NCBI GenBank assembly: GCA_028534125.1
Contig: CM052817.1
Span: forward strand, 67,334,001 to 67,398,000
DNA: 64,000 nucleotides
DNA from: Lama glama
Taxonomy: Eukaryota
Direction of reading: 5' to 3'
The notes below the pieces were generated by a model. That model was not told the origin of the DNA. It saw only the letters and a list, made by a program, of their open reading frames with translations, and made no database searches. Positions 24,932-36,879 of this stretch are shown here, piece by piece. The first letter of the stretch is position 1. Each line of letters opens with the position of its first letter. The position numbers and the translations under genes are program-made.

Positions 24932-27900
24932 GCATTATTTTCATTTAGGAATTATTTTAAAATGTGTGGTTCTTTCAAAAGCAACTTTGACTATCTTGTA
25001 TTAAATCTAGTGATGGAAATAGAATCTCACTGGACCTGTATTACACTTTGATGCCTTGGCTACAAATCTATTTTGTGACTTTAGTCAAAGCTGAACTTTT
25101 TGGAGCTTTTTCCTTATCATTTAGGAAATTCATGATCTTTTCTCTATGTTATTTCTTTATTACATTCCGGTGTTAATATACTATCTTTTTTTTTTTTTTT
25201 GAACTTACTGAAAAGTTTTCTCTTTCCTTTTGACAGTTACATATTTGCATCTTCAGATTAAAACAAAATTTATATTTTTATACTAGCATGTTTTTGATTC
25301 TTGAAACTGAAAATGGAAATCTCATTGTCGAATTCTGATATAACATAACACCTTGGTAGATGTTTCAATTTAAGATATGAAACATTTGTATTTTACCTAT
25401 AATTATTTTTATCACTCAACTTCAGAAACTTATGCCATGTTTTAATTATTGACTCCTTTCATTGTTTAACATATAGATTCTGAGTGTGGGTGACACACCT
25501 CATTTTATGTATGGTCTACAAATGAATTCCTTTGGGAAGCAGGTGCCACCTTCCCACACACATTGCTGAGAACGCTTTGTCCAGAACTTTACAATCACCA
25601 TTTGCGTGGCTGAGACACTTGGAACTCAACTTCATAGGTATGAAATGTGTCCCTCCTCCCTTAAAACATTCTTCTAAATCAAGGTATCAAGTGTGCGGCA
25701 ACATTTGAATGTTTTCCACCAGCCCCCTTAGAAGCTCAACTTAACTCGCGGAAAACTATTTTGGACCTGTACCTTCCGAAGATAAATTTTAAAAAGCAAG
25801 AAAAGAAAAGAAAGAGAAGCAGATTATCCTTCCTGACTTACCCGTTTCTCAGCCTCTTCACCTAATGTGCCTCTTTCAAGTCCCTCCTCCAGCTCCTGGC
25901 AAGCCTGGGAGGTGGTGGTGTGCACCGTGCAGCAGAGCCAGAGGGTGGGGGCGGGGAACTCTCCCGAGGCGCTGCTTACTAATGTAATTCCATAAATCAG
26001 CTAATGGGAGAGAAACCAGATCTGTGTGGTCTCTAATGCTGTCCCACAGAGATCAATCATGTCACCTGAACAATGTTCAGGGACCGAGAGGCTGGGGTTG
26101 CCCACGGGACTATTTTATCCCTTGAGTCATATCAGGTTGAGATATTTTAAAAAGTTAGATCTTAGTATCAGAAATGTAACTGCTGTGAATATAAAAACTA
26201 AAAGATTACCTTGGTATGAGACAACGGTCCACTATACAACTTATTATCGTAATATATAATCACTTTTCTTAAAATACTGGGAACTTAATATTGAGCATTT
26301 AGGATACAAATTTTTAAGATAAGTTTTGTCCTACAGGAACATACAGCATTTGTAACTGCTTTGAATAATTACTGATAATGTTTAAAATAGTAATTAATAA
26401 ATGAATAGTGTGCTATATGCAAATATATGGTGTATAATATCATAGAAAACTAAATTTGTTTTATGTGCACTGTTACCATACAGAATATTAAAAAGGGGTA
26501 CTTTTATAAACATATTCCTAAAGAATTAAGATGCTCTTAACATGAGACTAAGCAGGAAAATGTGGAAATAAGTAAAGTAGTTTTAAAAGGAATGCCAGAG
26601 GGGAGACTTTAAAAAAATGTGGGCAAGAATCCCAACACATCCAAGTGAGTCTGTCTTAATTTCTGTTTACTCGCCCTGAAAATCTGATTATGCCTCCAGT
26701 CTTTGGCATGAGAATAAGCCAAAGGGAAGAAGGGCACATGGGGTCTGAAGTGATAAATAAGAACACTAGTAATGACTATAATCCAGATATGAATTGGTGT
26801 CCATGATTTAAAGCCAACAAATATTAGCTACTAAACTCACACCTGAAATCCACAGGTAATATCCATAATGAACCCACAAATCACTATCCTCAACTAGGGA
26901 GTCTGTCCAACATCTACAGCATCGCCACAGATGATGATAAGTTACAGAAACCAAATTAGAGAGGGAAGCGGGTCAGCAGGGGGACGTTTCACCCTCCCGC
27001 AACCACTGTTCCAGCTTTGGTTCAGTCATGTAAACCCTGTCACTCTGACACGCGTCCAGCTGGTTTCCTACAACCATAACTGTGTGGTTACACATGTGCT
27101 TAAGGCAATCATGTTGCCTTTGCCTTTCAAAAATGACCTAGATAGAATCTTAGCCAATTAAAAAAGAAAAAAAAACTTTCTTTCTTTCTGCCAAATTGCA
27201 TTCCACTAATAACCTTAGCCTTGAACCAAGCACAATTCTCTGTGAGGAAGGGGTGCATAGTTAGGGGGACATCTTCAGAAAGCTCTACAAAGAGGAAATG
27301 TGTTTCCCCTCCCATCCGTAGCCCACTTTCTGAAGATCAGCAGAACTTTTTACGCGTGATTTTTAAAAAGAAGAAAAGGTAACACCATGGGATTTTTGTG
27401 ATTAAAAAGCCTAAGGAATTTAAACATCACAAAAGGTTTGTGGGAAAACTATTAAGAGGAAGAAAGAAGGAAACTTATGGAACTTGTTTAGACTATACAT
27501 CAGCATAGAAACTTAGGCAGAAAATCTACTGGTACTCACATTAAACTCTTTCAGAGAGGTTGCTTACTGAGTAAGTCAGAATTATTGAGTGGTCCTATCC
27601 ACTACATATTCTAAACTGGGACGCAGGTAATGCATGGGTCTAAAGATAAGGGTTACTTAGCAACACCAAATCTATAATTCTAGACACTACAATTCAAGAG
27701 GGAAAAAAAAAAGCCATGTAGTCCTTATCAACTGGGCATTAACAGGAGGTTTTAGTATGAACTGAAATTTAATTTCCGATGGGCCTTAGAGGCATAGAAA
27801 AGTCACATAAATTAATCCAGAAAAGATCATTCGAAAACAAAAACTAATTTTTGTCACCTAAGAAAATACATGGACCTACATCTGTATAATTGCTATTATC

Positions 27901-29488
27901 TTTACTTCAGCAGAATTGCCAAACGAAATGTAATAAACCACCTCTGAGTAAAGTCAAACTTTCAACAGAGACGGGGTCTCTTATAAAGAGGAATAAATGC
28001 AATATTTTGATGGAACTGATCACAATCAGTAATGATATCAATATAATACTGATTTGGGGGGAATCTCAAAGTGCTATTTGCTTTGATTTATATTAATAAA
28101 ACTTTTTTTTAAATCCATACCTTATTTGTGTTCAAACCTGCAACAAAGATCTTTAACTTTTTTCTTTTCTCCTTTTAAATACCAGTCCTTCTTGGAGAAA
28201 CTCCTTTAAGTCATACTCACAATTTTTTAAAGAATGTGCAGGTGTCCCTCTGATGATAACTTGTAAGAACCACTCTCAGCCTACAATCCAGCCCATAGAA
28301 TATTTCGAAATGCTACATCTGGCACCTATATAAGAATATCTAGCCATCTGCTCTGTAAATTTTATCAAGGGGCTAAATACGATTACCTGTCCATATTTCT
28401 TTACCAAATGTACCACCAAAACCATTTACCTCTGACTTTCCATTCTTTTTCCCTTTTTGTTTTGATCAGGTTATCATATAAAGTTCCCAGTAAACACAAC
28501 AATCTTTGTATTTAACATAACAAAAAATCTAATTTGACAAGAACTTTAGTGATAATCTGTACATCATGTTTTAAGCACATATAAGAAAAAAACTATTACT
28601 AACCAAGTAGGGTATCAACCAAAACTATGCTTGGTGTATAAAACAATTCTGTGACCACAAAATGGTCACTTTGTTAGATGCAGAACTCAAAACTTATATT
28701 TTGTGTAACTGAATTTTAGGAATCATTCATTTTTGAACTATGTAAAACAATTCTTAAACACATTATTACCACCACCTGCCGCAAATGAATTAACTGTATC
28801 TGTTTAAGTCCTAGCTCCTTAAAAATTGCAAATGGTGTTCTGCTTTCTATACTATTTCTGCTTTCTGAAAAAAACACCAAATACGCAGAAAATAAAATGT
28901 GAAACAAACATTTTGCCATGGCAAAGAGAAAAATGATTCTAGAAGAGGTTAGAAAATCCCCTTTTGAATGCATGTATTTCAAATTCAGTGCTAGCTGTGC
29001 GTGTGTGTTAAGGGGAATGTAGCCGACTTGTGTGCCACAAACTGTGTCCTCACTGTTACTAATAAGTCTCTCTTACCCAGTAAAAGTATACAGAATATGA
29101 CGTGTCCAACCCTTCGGGCAGGGATGCTTTAAAAAATAATAACAAGGGGGAGGGGCATTTTAAACCACCAAGGGAAATTTCTGACCATATTGGACTGTGA
29201 AACTTCTGATTTTTTTCAAACCCATTACATTAGTTTTTCCCCCAAGGGCTAAAAAGGAGGGGCGCCCTCCCCATCTGGAGGGCGGTTCCACGCGAAGTGC
29301 GGCTGGAGAGGGTGGTGGAGAGGCCATGCCCTCCGCAAACCACCTACAACTGTATCTTACAACCTGAAAGAAGCTTCAGGGAAGGGGTACTGCGTCTTGA
29401 AGCCAGACAAGAAGCCCTGAAGGGGAGAGGAGAGGGGAGGGGGGAGGGAAGGGGGGAGACTGGGAAACAAGAAATCATCTCCTCTGAC

Positions 29489-30061
29489 CTCTAGCGAAGT
29501 GCCAGGTTTTTTCTTTAGCTCTTCACATTTTCTAAATTTGCAGATCTGGTGTCCCGTTTTGCGGTTCCTGCAACTGCTGCAGACGCCACAGTTGATGAGC
29601 CTCTTGCAGGGCACGCAGACCCCACACCTTTTCCTCTTCTTCTTGGCCGGGTTGGCTCCGCCAGCTCCCCCTGAGGAGGACGAGGAGGAGGAGGAATGAT
29701 TCTGCGGGCAGTCTGCCAGATTGGCAATTTGAAACGCACTGTCTGTGACGGCTGCTGAGGCTGCTGCGGGGGAGTGAAGGGCTGTCATGACGATGACCCC
29801 TGGAGGTAATGAGATGCCCCCTAAAGCCGGGATAGCGGAAAAAGTCCCCACGCGCTCGGGGAGATTCATTATCTCTGCTTCAGCAGCGCCGCATTTGAGC
29901 TTGTTCATGCATTCCCCCGCCAAAGGTCTGCAGTGTTCAGGGGATAAGGTGGAGAGGAAATTAGTATTTGCCATTTGCAACGACGGCTCTGGCGGGCAGC
30001 CAGCTTTCCCCAGCCTCTGGGAGTCGTTTCGGTGGTGCATGCTGGTCCTGCTGCCGCCGCC

Positions 30062-30092
<31 letters not shown>

Positions 30093-30571
30093 CCACCACC
30101 GCCGCCGCCGCCACCACCGCCGGCGGGGAGGATCGCCGAGGAGGAGGCGGAGGAGGAGGCGGCGGCGGAGGAGGATTTCCTGCCGCCCCCACCGCCCCCG
30201 CCGCCGCCCCCGCCGCCGCCGCCGCTCCCGCCGCCGCCCCCGCCCCCGCCGCTGCCCCAGAGCATGGCGGTGGCGGCGGCGGCGGTGGCCGCGTTGTCGC
30301 AGTTCCAGGGGGACATGCCGATGCGCGCGGCGGCCGCGGCGGCGGCGGCGCTGCTGGGGAAGATGGGGGTGGTGATGCGCGCGATCTTGGCCGCTTGCGG
30401 GAAGGCGCCCCCGTTGGTCTTGTAGAAGGAGGTGGCAAAGGAGCGGTAGCGCTCCATCTCCGAGTTGTAATCCACAAGGCTGTTCAAGGCCCCCTCGGGC
30501 AGGTGGCTTTCCTTGGGCAAGCCCGGGGCCTCCGGGCTCGGCCCAGGCTCCACGCAGACATTGGTGTTCAT
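29489..30571 (-). CDS. CXXC4: CXXC4 (IDAX) coding part of exon 2, 361 codons
   Basis: Translation runs [10 protein letters not shown]...poly-Ala/poly-Gly...MHHRNDSQR...[52 protein letters not shown], a CXXC zinc finger with the CXXC4/5 KTGHQI motif. ATG context is ACCATG. The exon ends at a phase-0 donor, GAG|GTCAGA (GT at 29488-29487). Confidence 0.97.
29518..29644 (-). other. CXXC4: CXXC-type zinc finger region, including the Dvl-PDZ-binding KTXXXI motif
   Basis: CGVCVPC-x5-CGVCSSC...CKFRKC pattern preceded by basic KKKRKR. Confidence 0.93.
30053..30121 (-). repeat. GGC/GGT repeat encoding 23 consecutive Gly
   Basis: 69 nt of gcc/acc triplets on the + strand. Confidence 0.95.
30182..30250 (-). 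repeat. GGN repeat encoding G8-S-G14
   Basis: Direct translation. Confidence 0.95.
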
Positions 30572-30828
30572 GGTGCAGGGGGGGAAGAAGGGGTGCAGGG
30601 TGGAAGTGGGGACCGTCTGGTCCGACACCTGGGCGGGAAAGGGGGGAAGGTGGGGGGGAGGGAAGGGGGTGATGGTGGTGTTGGGGTGGGGGCCGAGGCG
30701 GGAGGGGACAGTGGGTCCGGGTGGGGAGAGCAAGGTGAGGACTGCTTTATTCCTCTCAGGGGCGCATTTCCACAGACGGTGAATTCCCAGGCAGCGTCTT
30801 CCTTTGCATTATCCTCCAACTGTTACAA
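30572..30828 (-). other. CXXC4: CXXC4 exon 2 5' UTR portion
   Basis: Acceptor TTTCTTTATTTTAG| lies 257 nt upstream of the ATG (AG at 30830-30829). Confidence 0.8.
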
Positions 30829-33248
30829 CTAAAATAAAGAAAGTCATTCCAACGAGCTGCACGAGGAAAAAGATTAAAAATAAATAAACAGCCTCCCTCA
30901 CTATCCCACCGTAGACACAGAAAGCTCCCACATTCCTCGTCAGGTCGTTTGCATAACAATCATCAAGACGTGACCCCCCCCCCCCATTCCCATCCTTCCC
31001 CTCCGCTCCCAACCCCGGTCCCTCCCTCCCCACTGCACACCACAGCTCCTCCCCCCTATTCTTATAACCCTCCTGAGAAAATGTATTAATAGCCAGGATA
31101 CCCAGGGAAAGAGGAAAGACGGGGGTGACAAATGCCGAGGGAAAAGGGCAATTGGAGTGCTAAAGACATGCAAATCAGGAGTGGGAGGGCGATACTACCT
31201 ATAAGCAGAGGGCATTTAAACATTATGAAATGTGTGAATAAGCGCTGCCTGGGCATGCAAATGCTCTAAAGTAGAAAACAGCTATGGCCCTATGAGGAAA
31301 ATGAACAGGAAATTAGCAAATGAAGTACTGAGAAAGTCTACAATACATCCGAGTATAAACTGTAAGCAAACACAATACAACTGAGAGCTAAGAGACTGCC
31401 CACATACAATCTGAACTAAAGAGGCAGGGAAAAAAGAACTACCAGCTGCCACAGTGTCCTTCTGTGTCTGCGGTCATTAGTTTGAATCCCAGCACAGCTG
31501 GCTCTGTTAGGGTCTTAATTCAATGGACCAAGGACAGGTCTCAATTGTACAAGCCATTTGGTGGTGGGGCTTGGAGGGGGTAAGAGGGTGGTGTTCTACT
31601 TGTTAAAAAGAAAGAAAGAAAAGAAAGATGGACTAGGTAAAAAAAAAATTAAATAACACAATGTCACAGGTTTTAAACCAAGTGCCTGCAGCCTCTGTAA
31701 GAATATTCCCAATAATTCCTAATGGAGACTCAGGTCTCTTCCCAAGACAAGAGGAAAGCATGGACTTTTTGAGGATCTCTCACAGTCACTGATTTTTACA
31801 TTGAGTAAAAGGGGGGGCATTTAAGGTGTTACCTGAAGAAATGGCCATTAAATGATTTTTTTTTCTTTTGCTCTGTTTAAGAGGAAAGTTTAATGTTAAC
31901 TGGATATCTGCATTCATCTCCTTGCTTACAGGCCATTATTATGCTTAGGAGAGGTATTTTAGTTGTTTATTACAGAGACAGAGGTACCTCACAGGCATTT
32001 AAGAAGTAAAGCAAAAACATAAAGTGTCTACTAACCTAAAGAAAAACAGTTTCTTTGTTTCCAGATTTTTTTTGGCCAGAATATCTTTTTGTGACCTCTT
32101 CTGAAGTCCACATGTTGGTCTAGAATGTGGAGTTCAGGGAATTCTAAATGGGGGCCCAGTAGTCAGTCTCAAATATTCAGTTCGAAATGGATATCAATTA
32201 TAGCAATTATGCTTATAATTAAATTAATGAACCATCTATGCCCAAACTCCAAGTGCAAAAACTTCAAGACCTGATGATGAGGTGCCCTAAAAAGAGGGGT
32301 TTATGTAAACAAATCCCTATTAGGCAAAGTAAATCAAGATAAGGAACCTCACCCCAGGCTGGATTAGAAGCTAGCAGGCATCTTTCAATCACAGCAAGTC
32401 CCTAATCACTCAGGAACCACCTCTGTGGTTTCGCATTAGGGAAAACTGCTCCCTTCAGAGGTCTGATGGCAATACAAAGGGTGCCCCCAAAATGCTCCTG
32501 GCTAAACATTCTTGATGCTGGGAAGGGGGTGGGAGAAGACACAGAAAGAATATGCATATAGCTTCAGCTTCTGCGAATCACATTGTAACTGCAAGACCAT
32601 AATAACTGCTACTCAGTAAAAACTAGTTATGCCAACCATGCATCAGATATCATCACATTGAGTGGTGGGAAAAAAATTTCAACATTTTAGTCTTTTGACC
32701 TTGTTCCAAATAGAGAAATAATTTAATGTCCCTTTTTCAGAGTATTAGAGTGGTGTCTCCAAACAGAAGCTTTCCTTATTACCATCACCTCCCCTTTCCT
32801 CCCTCAAGGTTTAATGCCCCCAGAAACTGTAGAAAATGATTGTGCCCAGTATCCAGGTCATTATTGTTTAATCAATGCATCTCTGGAGCATGAAAAAGCC
32901 ACAGCTATTGTTTGGATTTTCTTTAAAAAACAAAATAAAACACACACAAATAACTATAGTCCTATTGCAAAGCTAAATTAGACATCCATACTTCATGATC
33001 CTGTTTTGCCTTTAAACAATGTGACTGTACATGCCTAATATTGTATGTCTGGTCTACCAGAGACATAGAGATCAAAGGTCATATTTAACATTCAGGAGGA
33101 GGGGCGGGTGCAGATTAATTAATAAATTAATACAGCGACGCCTTTTATTGCTGGAGTCCAGCATTAATAATCTACTTTTACAATCCCAACGGACAGCAAA
33201 CATTTAAGAGCAAAAAAAGCCAGAGAAAGAGAAAGAACAATCACTTAC

Positions 33249-33660
33249 CAGTCTCTTTTTATTTGGGGAGCCTTAGAATTTGCAGACGCTGCCAGTCTGC
33301 CTTTAATTAGTTGCACATCACCCCCTAACACAAAGAAACACAAATCCAGATGTGTCTTGGCAGCTCCCAATTACAACTTTAATACTTGTAAACAAACTGT
33401 TGGGGGGGAGGATAAATAAATATGCGGATGAAAAAAAAATACCTGTAAATGGCTTTTTTTTTTCTTGTTGCAGAGAGAAGGAGGAGGAGATGGTGTTAGT
33501 GGTGGGGGTGGAAGGAGGAGGAGGTGGGGGGGAGAGGAAAGAGCCGAGTGTGAGTGTATGTGTGAGAGCGCGGGGCTGTTCTCGGTGGTCTCTCCTCTCC
33601 CAGCGCGTTGCTCTCCGTCCGTCTCCAGTCGCTGTGTGCGAGGGAGGGAGGGAGCCGGGG
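33249..33660 (-). other. CXXC4: CXXC4 non-coding exon 1 (5' end uncertain)
   Basis: Consensus donor CTG|GTAAGT (GT at 33248-33247) just downstream of the CpG-rich promoter. The TSS cannot be placed from sequence alone. Confidence 0.7.
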
Positions 33661-33661
33661 A

Positions 33662-33726
33662 GTCTCTCCTCTCTCTCTCTGCCCCCCCTCCTCTCCCTCT
33701 CCTCTCTCTCTCTCTCCTCTGTCTCT

Positions 33727-33762
<36 letters not shown>

Positions 33763-33868
33763 CCCCCTCTTCTCTCTCTCCTCTCTCTCTCTCCTCTCTC
33801 CCTCTCTCTCCTCTCTCGCTCTCTCTCTCCCCTCTCTCCCTCTCTCTCTCTTCTCCCCCCCCCACCTC
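33662..33868. repeat. Imperfect (CT)n/(GA)n polypyrimidine tract
   Basis: ~200 nt almost entirely C/T on the + strand. Confidence 0.95.
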
Positions 33869-34237
33869 TGTTTGTGTGTGTGCGTGTGTGGTTGCTGGGG
33901 GAGGGGAGCGGGAGAGAAAGGCGAGGGAGGAGGTGTGGAGGCTGGGGGCGGGGGCGGGGGGTGATTGGCGCCGAGGTGAGGAGGACGCAGGGACGTGGAC
34001 ACCTACTGATGATTGGCTGCAAATTACACGGGGAACAAGAGGCGCACGCGGGCCGGCGCTCCCCTTCACAAATCCTCTCCTCGCCCGAGGAGCCACGTTT
34101 CCCGGCTCGCCTGCCGATCGCCCTCCCTCCTTGCGCCCGGCTCTCCGGCTCAGCCGCCCAGCACCGAGGGCTGTTGATTATTTTCTTTTGCTCTTCGAGA
34201 TAATTGTTTGGAAGGGATGGAAAGAGGGCGTTTCCGC

Positions 34238-34273
<36 letters not shown>

Positions 34274-34318
34274 GCGTGTTGCGGGGATGTGTGTGTGTGC
34301 GTGTGCGGGTGTGTGTGT
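34238..34318. repeat. (CT)n followed by (GT)n-like tract
   Basis: Direct reading. Confidence 0.9.
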
Positions 34319-35899
34319 AAATAAACTTGTCTGGGTTTTCTGGCTGGGTTGAGAAGAGCAGTACAAGAAACAGAAAAAGGTCGTGTTTGTTTGGAGAACA
34401 CTCTTAGTTCGCACCCTACCGCATGACTTTCAAATAATATTCCTGATGTGCCCGGGAAGACTTTTTAAAACATCATTATCATTTACATCTTTAAAGTAAG
34501 GGAAAACGGATCGGTGTTCTGGTTGTCCAGATCTTTTAAATATTATGATGCCAGAATGTACAAAATTGGTGATGTGCAGCTTCACCGATCTCAAAATCAA
34601 TCTCCCGTTTCTCTTCCCTCTTCCTCGCCCCCACTACTTCCCCAGCCCCATGCTTTCACTATTCCATCTGCTAGTTCCAATGATTAAGTTTGATTTTTAA
34701 CTTACTGCCCTATTTTTAATTCCAAACTTTACTTAAACAAAAACTACTTTTATAGCTACATTAATCTATTTTATACTAGTATGACTTCTTGACACTTGGG
34801 GAAAATAGTTTAGTAATTGAAAGATAAATCTTTTTTCCACAGGTCAGATGTAAATAAAACTCATAAATGCAGCTATGAATTAACTTCTTCACTGCTGCCC
34901 TAAAGAAATGAGATATTCCTAGTTACATGCTGTCCTATTAATGAAGTTATGTTCTAGTGTAAATAAATTGTCATGAAATATATAAATAAGAATCTTTTGA
35001 TAAATTTGAAGGAAAATATGGTCAATATAAGCTACAGAAGGAGGAAAACTTCAGATTATTTACACTGGTCATAAAGCAAAGTAAAAGTTCTGTATTAAAA
35101 TTAAAACTATAGGAAAGTGCAATAGTATGATTTCAGAGAAGGAAGAAAAGTATAATAAAGACTTGTTTCTTTTATAACAACAAAATGCTGAAAAGACATT
35201 TTAAATCATTTTGTATTTGAATTTTCAAAAGACTGATCTTGACTATATCAAGATTCTGCCAACTCTGGAGGATTGAGTATTAATAAGATGTTAAGAACTG
35301 TGGTGTGCATAAATGGAGGTGCTACTTCAAGACTAGGCAACTATTGAAATTGGGGGCAGATGGTTTGGGGACTCATTGATCAATATGCATGTTTTGTAAT
35401 TTAAAGGAAATAGAATAAGTTCAGTTAAAAAATCAAATCATTTATTTAGCATTTATAGACAAAATAACTGCATGATTAATAATTGCTTAAGTTCATTGAT
35501 AAGATATTTTTATACTCTTGTTAATGCTTTGTGGAAGCAAGGGAATTTTCCATTTGATTTTTTTTTTTTTTTGAGCCGAACATCATAGGAAATCAGCAAA
35601 ATATAGGAACTTCAGAATGAATGAAAACACATTGGAAAGATGAAAGATTCTTAAACATTTTTCCAAAATATTTAAAATATCAGTCCAACATTAGGGTTCT
35701 TGAAGTTTGCAAATAAACAATTTTTTAATCAAATAAAGACATCATGCTTTCTTATGCCAAATTTGCTTTCCTTTTCAGAATCCTTCAAGCTAACTTTCAA
35801 AATGAAACTTTAAACAAATGAGAGAAAATAAGCTAAAAATTCCAAAGAATTTTACCTTCTAGCCTATAAAGGAAAAACTCAGAACGTTTAGTCTTAACA

Positions 35900-36180
35900 A
35901 TTAATAAGAGTGATTGTTAATGATCCACCTGTGTCAGACGCTGTACTAAGTAATTTGCAGATGTTTTATTTTGTCCTTGAAATAACATGAGGTAGTTATT
36001 TTTATATCCAGTGGAAATAATAAGCCCATAGAAATCAGAAATTTCGATGAAAAGCTGGGGACATTGCAGTCCATAGAAATAACCCAAATGGGTCAAAAAG
36101 TTAGTATGTAACAGGGCTGAAATCTGTACCCATTCCTTTCTATGTCCAAAACCTTATGCTTATAACCTCTACCCTAGTGT
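35900..36180 (-). mobile_element. MIR fragment
   Basis: ACCTGTGTCAGACGCTGTACTAAG...ATGAGGTAG..ATT motifs. Confidence 0.45.
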
Positions 36181-36879
36181 CACTATTAATAATTAATTAA
36201 TCAATAACCCTCTCTGCATACTAAAACCTTGGCTTTCATTATAGTCATGGGCCCCCCATTAACATGACACTAACTGAACATACAAAGTATATTATAAACA
36301 GTATACCTCATGGCTTTGATATAACATCCATTACATTTCTACTAGGGAATTGATTACATCCTTAAGCCAAATGTGACAAAGCAAAACATCTCTTTTCCGG
36401 TCTACCTCATATCCTTTATTTTTTTATCCGTACTAGTTTTGCCACTCGCATATCTGCCACAATTCAGACTATTCCATGTTCTAAGCTGTCTGCTCCTGGA
36501 TGATGTGTCAAAGTTTTTAGAACAATCGTCCAGAACACTGAGTCCTCTGTTAACTCTCCTTTGGAATTCATAGTTCGATAAAGTACTAAAATTTAAAGTT
36601 CATTCCCTTTGCAAAGTGCCAGCTATCGCTTCTAATTCCCTGGAAGTGGTTTGGGCCTTTACTCTGCTTTGTGAGTTTTGTGACCTGAAGTAGGGGTTCA
36701 GGTGCTTCACTGATACCTTCATGGGAAAAATTAAGAATTGCAATTTGAGTATCACTTGAAAAAGTATCTCCTACCCCACAGGAATTTTGTGTTATGCTGT
36801 GAAATGTCTTTAAAGCACGGCTGCTTTCATCATGATCGTGATCAATATCATCATCATTATTCAGAATCTCTAAAAAGGA

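Larger units (their letters stand above)
29260..30800. promoter_or_regulatory. Intragenic CpG island over exon 2
   Basis: Very high GC and CpG content against an AT-rich background. Confidence 0.85.
33540..34460 (-). promoter_or_regulatory. CXXC4 CpG-rich promoter with two CCAAT boxes and GC boxes
   Basis: High CpG density. ATTGG at 33964-33968 and 34012-34016 (CCAAT on the minus strand). Tandem GGGGCGGGG at ~33945-33960. Confidence 0.8.

Noticed and set aside
29262..29286. CTCF-like motif downstream of exon 2
   Set aside because: Spacing does not fit the core consensus.
30568..30819. 83-codon TTG-started ORF whose TGA overlaps the main ATG (ATGA)
   Set aside because: There is no ATG in that frame, and the C-rich leader lacks stops by composition.
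29787..30832. Long + strand ORFs (212, 135 and 285 aa) antisense to exon 2
   Set aside because: They are shadows of the GC-rich CXXC4 CDS and GCC repeats, with low-complexity translations and no independent coding signal.
33318..34414. Several 170-295 aa ORFs over the promoter
   Set aside because: They arise from stop-free (CT)n/(GA)n tracts giving ER/SL dipeptide runs.
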